DNA from: Chiloscyllium plagiosum
Taxonomy: Eukaryota
Length of the DNA stretch: 64,000 nucleotides
Assembly: GCF_004010195.1 (NCBI RefSeq)
Contig: NC_057711.1
Span: forward strand, 79,456,866 to 79,520,865
Direction: 5' to 3'
In this document: positions 62,520-64,000 of the stretch, in pieces
Layout: every line of letters begins with the position of its first letter
Numbering within the stretch: the first letter of the stretch is position 1
Made by a program: the position numbers and the translations under genes
The notes under the pieces: generated by a model
The model's input: the letters and a program-made list of their open reading frames with translations, nothing else
Database searches by the model: none
What the model was told of the DNA's origin: nothing

Positions 62520-63650
62520 TTCAGTACAGCCACAACACGGGCATCTACTGACAATGTGAAAAATTATTCAGTTATGTTCTGTTCACAAATGGACAAATCC
62601 AATTGGGCCAAATGCTGTCCTTTCAGTCAACTCTCAATCGTTAGCAAAGTGATGGAAATGGTCATCAACAGTGTTATCAAGTGTCATTTGCTCAGCAATA
62701 ATCTGCTCACCAATCTTCAGTTTGGGTTCTGCCAGGGTCAGTCAGCTCTGGCAACAAAAACTGAAATTGCTGGAAAAGCTCAGCAGGTCTGGCAGCATCT
62801 GTGAAGTGAAGTCAGAGTTAATGTTTCAGGTCCAGTGACCCTTCCTCAGGACTTGGCTGTAGTCTTCAATACAATCTTAGTCTAAATGTGGAAAAAGAGT
62901 TGAATTCCAAAGGTGAGGTAAGTAAGACAGTCCTTGACATTAAAGTGGAATTCGACTAACTGCAGCATCAAACTTAGCAAAACTGGAATCAATGGGAATC
63001 CAAAGGAAAGCTCTCCATTGAAGCACGATGGAAGATGGTTGTGATTGAGGGTCAATTATCACAGTCCCCAGATAATTTTAGAGGAGTTCCTTAGAGTCAT
63101 GTCTTATAACCAGCCAACTTCAGCTGCTTCATCAATGCCCTTCTCTGCAAAGAGAACAGTCATTTCCCAAGTGAAGTGAGGATGGTTGCTGATGATTGCT
63201 CATTGTTTGGCACCAATTGCAACTCCTCAGTCCATACCCCACACATAGCAAGACTTGAACAGCATTTAGTCTTAGGCTTATGATTGGCAAATAATATTTG
63301 TGCTACCTAAGTGCCAGCTGTTGACTATCTTCAACACGTAGAAATCTCACCATCTCTCCTTTATCTTTAATGGCATTGCCATTGCTGAATCCTCACCATC
63401 AATATTCTTTTGTGTTATCGTTGAAACGGAACTGGACTAGTTCAGATATAAATATCATACCTTAAAAAAAAACCAAGCTAGAAACTGGGGAGTTTACAAC
63501 AGTTCCTGCCTCCTGAAGGCCTATTCAGAATCTACAAAAGACAAGTCAGCAACGTGCTGAAATACTTTCCATTTGTTTGGATGTGTGCAGCTCCAATAAC
63601 ACTCTAGAAGTTGGGCTTCATCCAAGACTAAAAAGCCCATTTGATCGCCA
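62520..63650 (+). mobile_element. Decayed CR1/L2-group LINE RT fragment (same family as 26420-27470)
   Basis: PFSQLSIVSKVMEMVINSVIKCHLLSNNLLTNLQFGFCQG, then cagctgcttcatcaatg and gttgctgatgattgc (decayed FADD). Aligns by eye with 26450-27060. Confidence 0.72.
62750..62851 (-). mobile_element. Short Penelope-tail insertion with hammerhead motif (~62817-62851)
   Basis: Minus strand reads tcCTGAGGAaGGGTCactgGACCTGAAAcaTTaa: intact core and 5-bp stem II. It interrupts the LINE reading frame. Confidence 0.72.
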
Positions 63651-63729
63651 TTCCATTCACCACCTTAAACTTGGAATCGCTTATAGACAAGATTTCCATC
63701 AAATGGACTGTCCAGTGACCATACATTAT

Positions 63730-64000
63730 TGGGGAGACAGTGGCATGCTGGTTATCTCACTGGACGTGTCATCCAGAAGCCTAGACTTGATGCTCTGGGG
63801 ATTTCCTACCAGCTGGTGGCAGCTGGTGGAATTTAAATTCAGTTAGGAAATGTAGAATTGAAAGCTAGTCTCAATTATGGTCATTGTGAAAATATCATAA
63901 ATTTTGGTAAAAAGAAACTGTGAAGGACATCTGCTATCCTCTGTAATGGTCTGTCAAATCACTCCGTTCAATAGCAACTTGTATGGACAATAAGTAACAC
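63730..64000 (+). mobile_element. Decayed Deu-domain SINE
   Basis: ggagacagtggc..tcactggac..atccaga head, gcagctggtggaatttaaattca..gaaagctagtctca, then gaaggacatctgctatcct..ggtctg. Confidence 0.55.

Noticed and set aside
1..64000. CRISPR array, retron or other prokaryotic RT-linked defence system
   Set aside because: There are no regularly spaced repeats and no operon-like intact ORFs. All RT fragments are frameshifted eukaryotic retroelements inside a spliceosomal intron.
38650..64000. Next TLE exon (QQLQAQHLSH...) and, upstream of 35390, the preceding exon (YYEMSYGLNIEMHKQ)
   Set aside because: Not found by eye. The cagcagcaccagcaacagcaacaa run near 62362 lacks the expected continuation, so both exons probably lie outside the window.

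Overview
This is eukaryotic, non-coding-rich DNA from a cartilaginous fish. The shark assignment is inferred from HE1-type V-SINEs, CR1/HER1-type LINEs and Deu-domain SINEs. The window lies inside a Groucho/TLE co-repressor gene on the + strand. It contains only two short coding exons of the N-terminal Q domain: 35390-35452 (AEIVKRLNAICAQVIPFLSQE) and 38539-38613 ([25 protein letters not shown]). These match my recollection of TLE4. The second exon has an in-frame alternative donor adding [10 protein letters not shown]. The rest is intron filled with decayed mobile DNA: Penelope-like retroelements (RT + GIY-YIG) and short derivatives, many carrying minimal hammerhead-ribozyme motifs and long target-site duplications (TSDs); a two-LTR Gypsy element with the Gmr1-type integrase-before-RT order; CR1, RTE and other LINE fragments; HE1-like and Deu-type SINEs; and a terminal-inverted-repeat (TIR) element. 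Nearly all ORFs in the supplied track are transposon remnants or noise. I see no CRISPR array, rRNA, genuine tRNA gene or prokaryotic-type system. The most notable signals are the intronic hammerhead network, an 82-bp ribozyme-only insertion, a probable local templated insertion and the Gmr1-like retrotransposon. Repeat boundaries were read by eye and are approximate unless a TSD is quoted. Family names come from recalled consensus motifs, not database searches.
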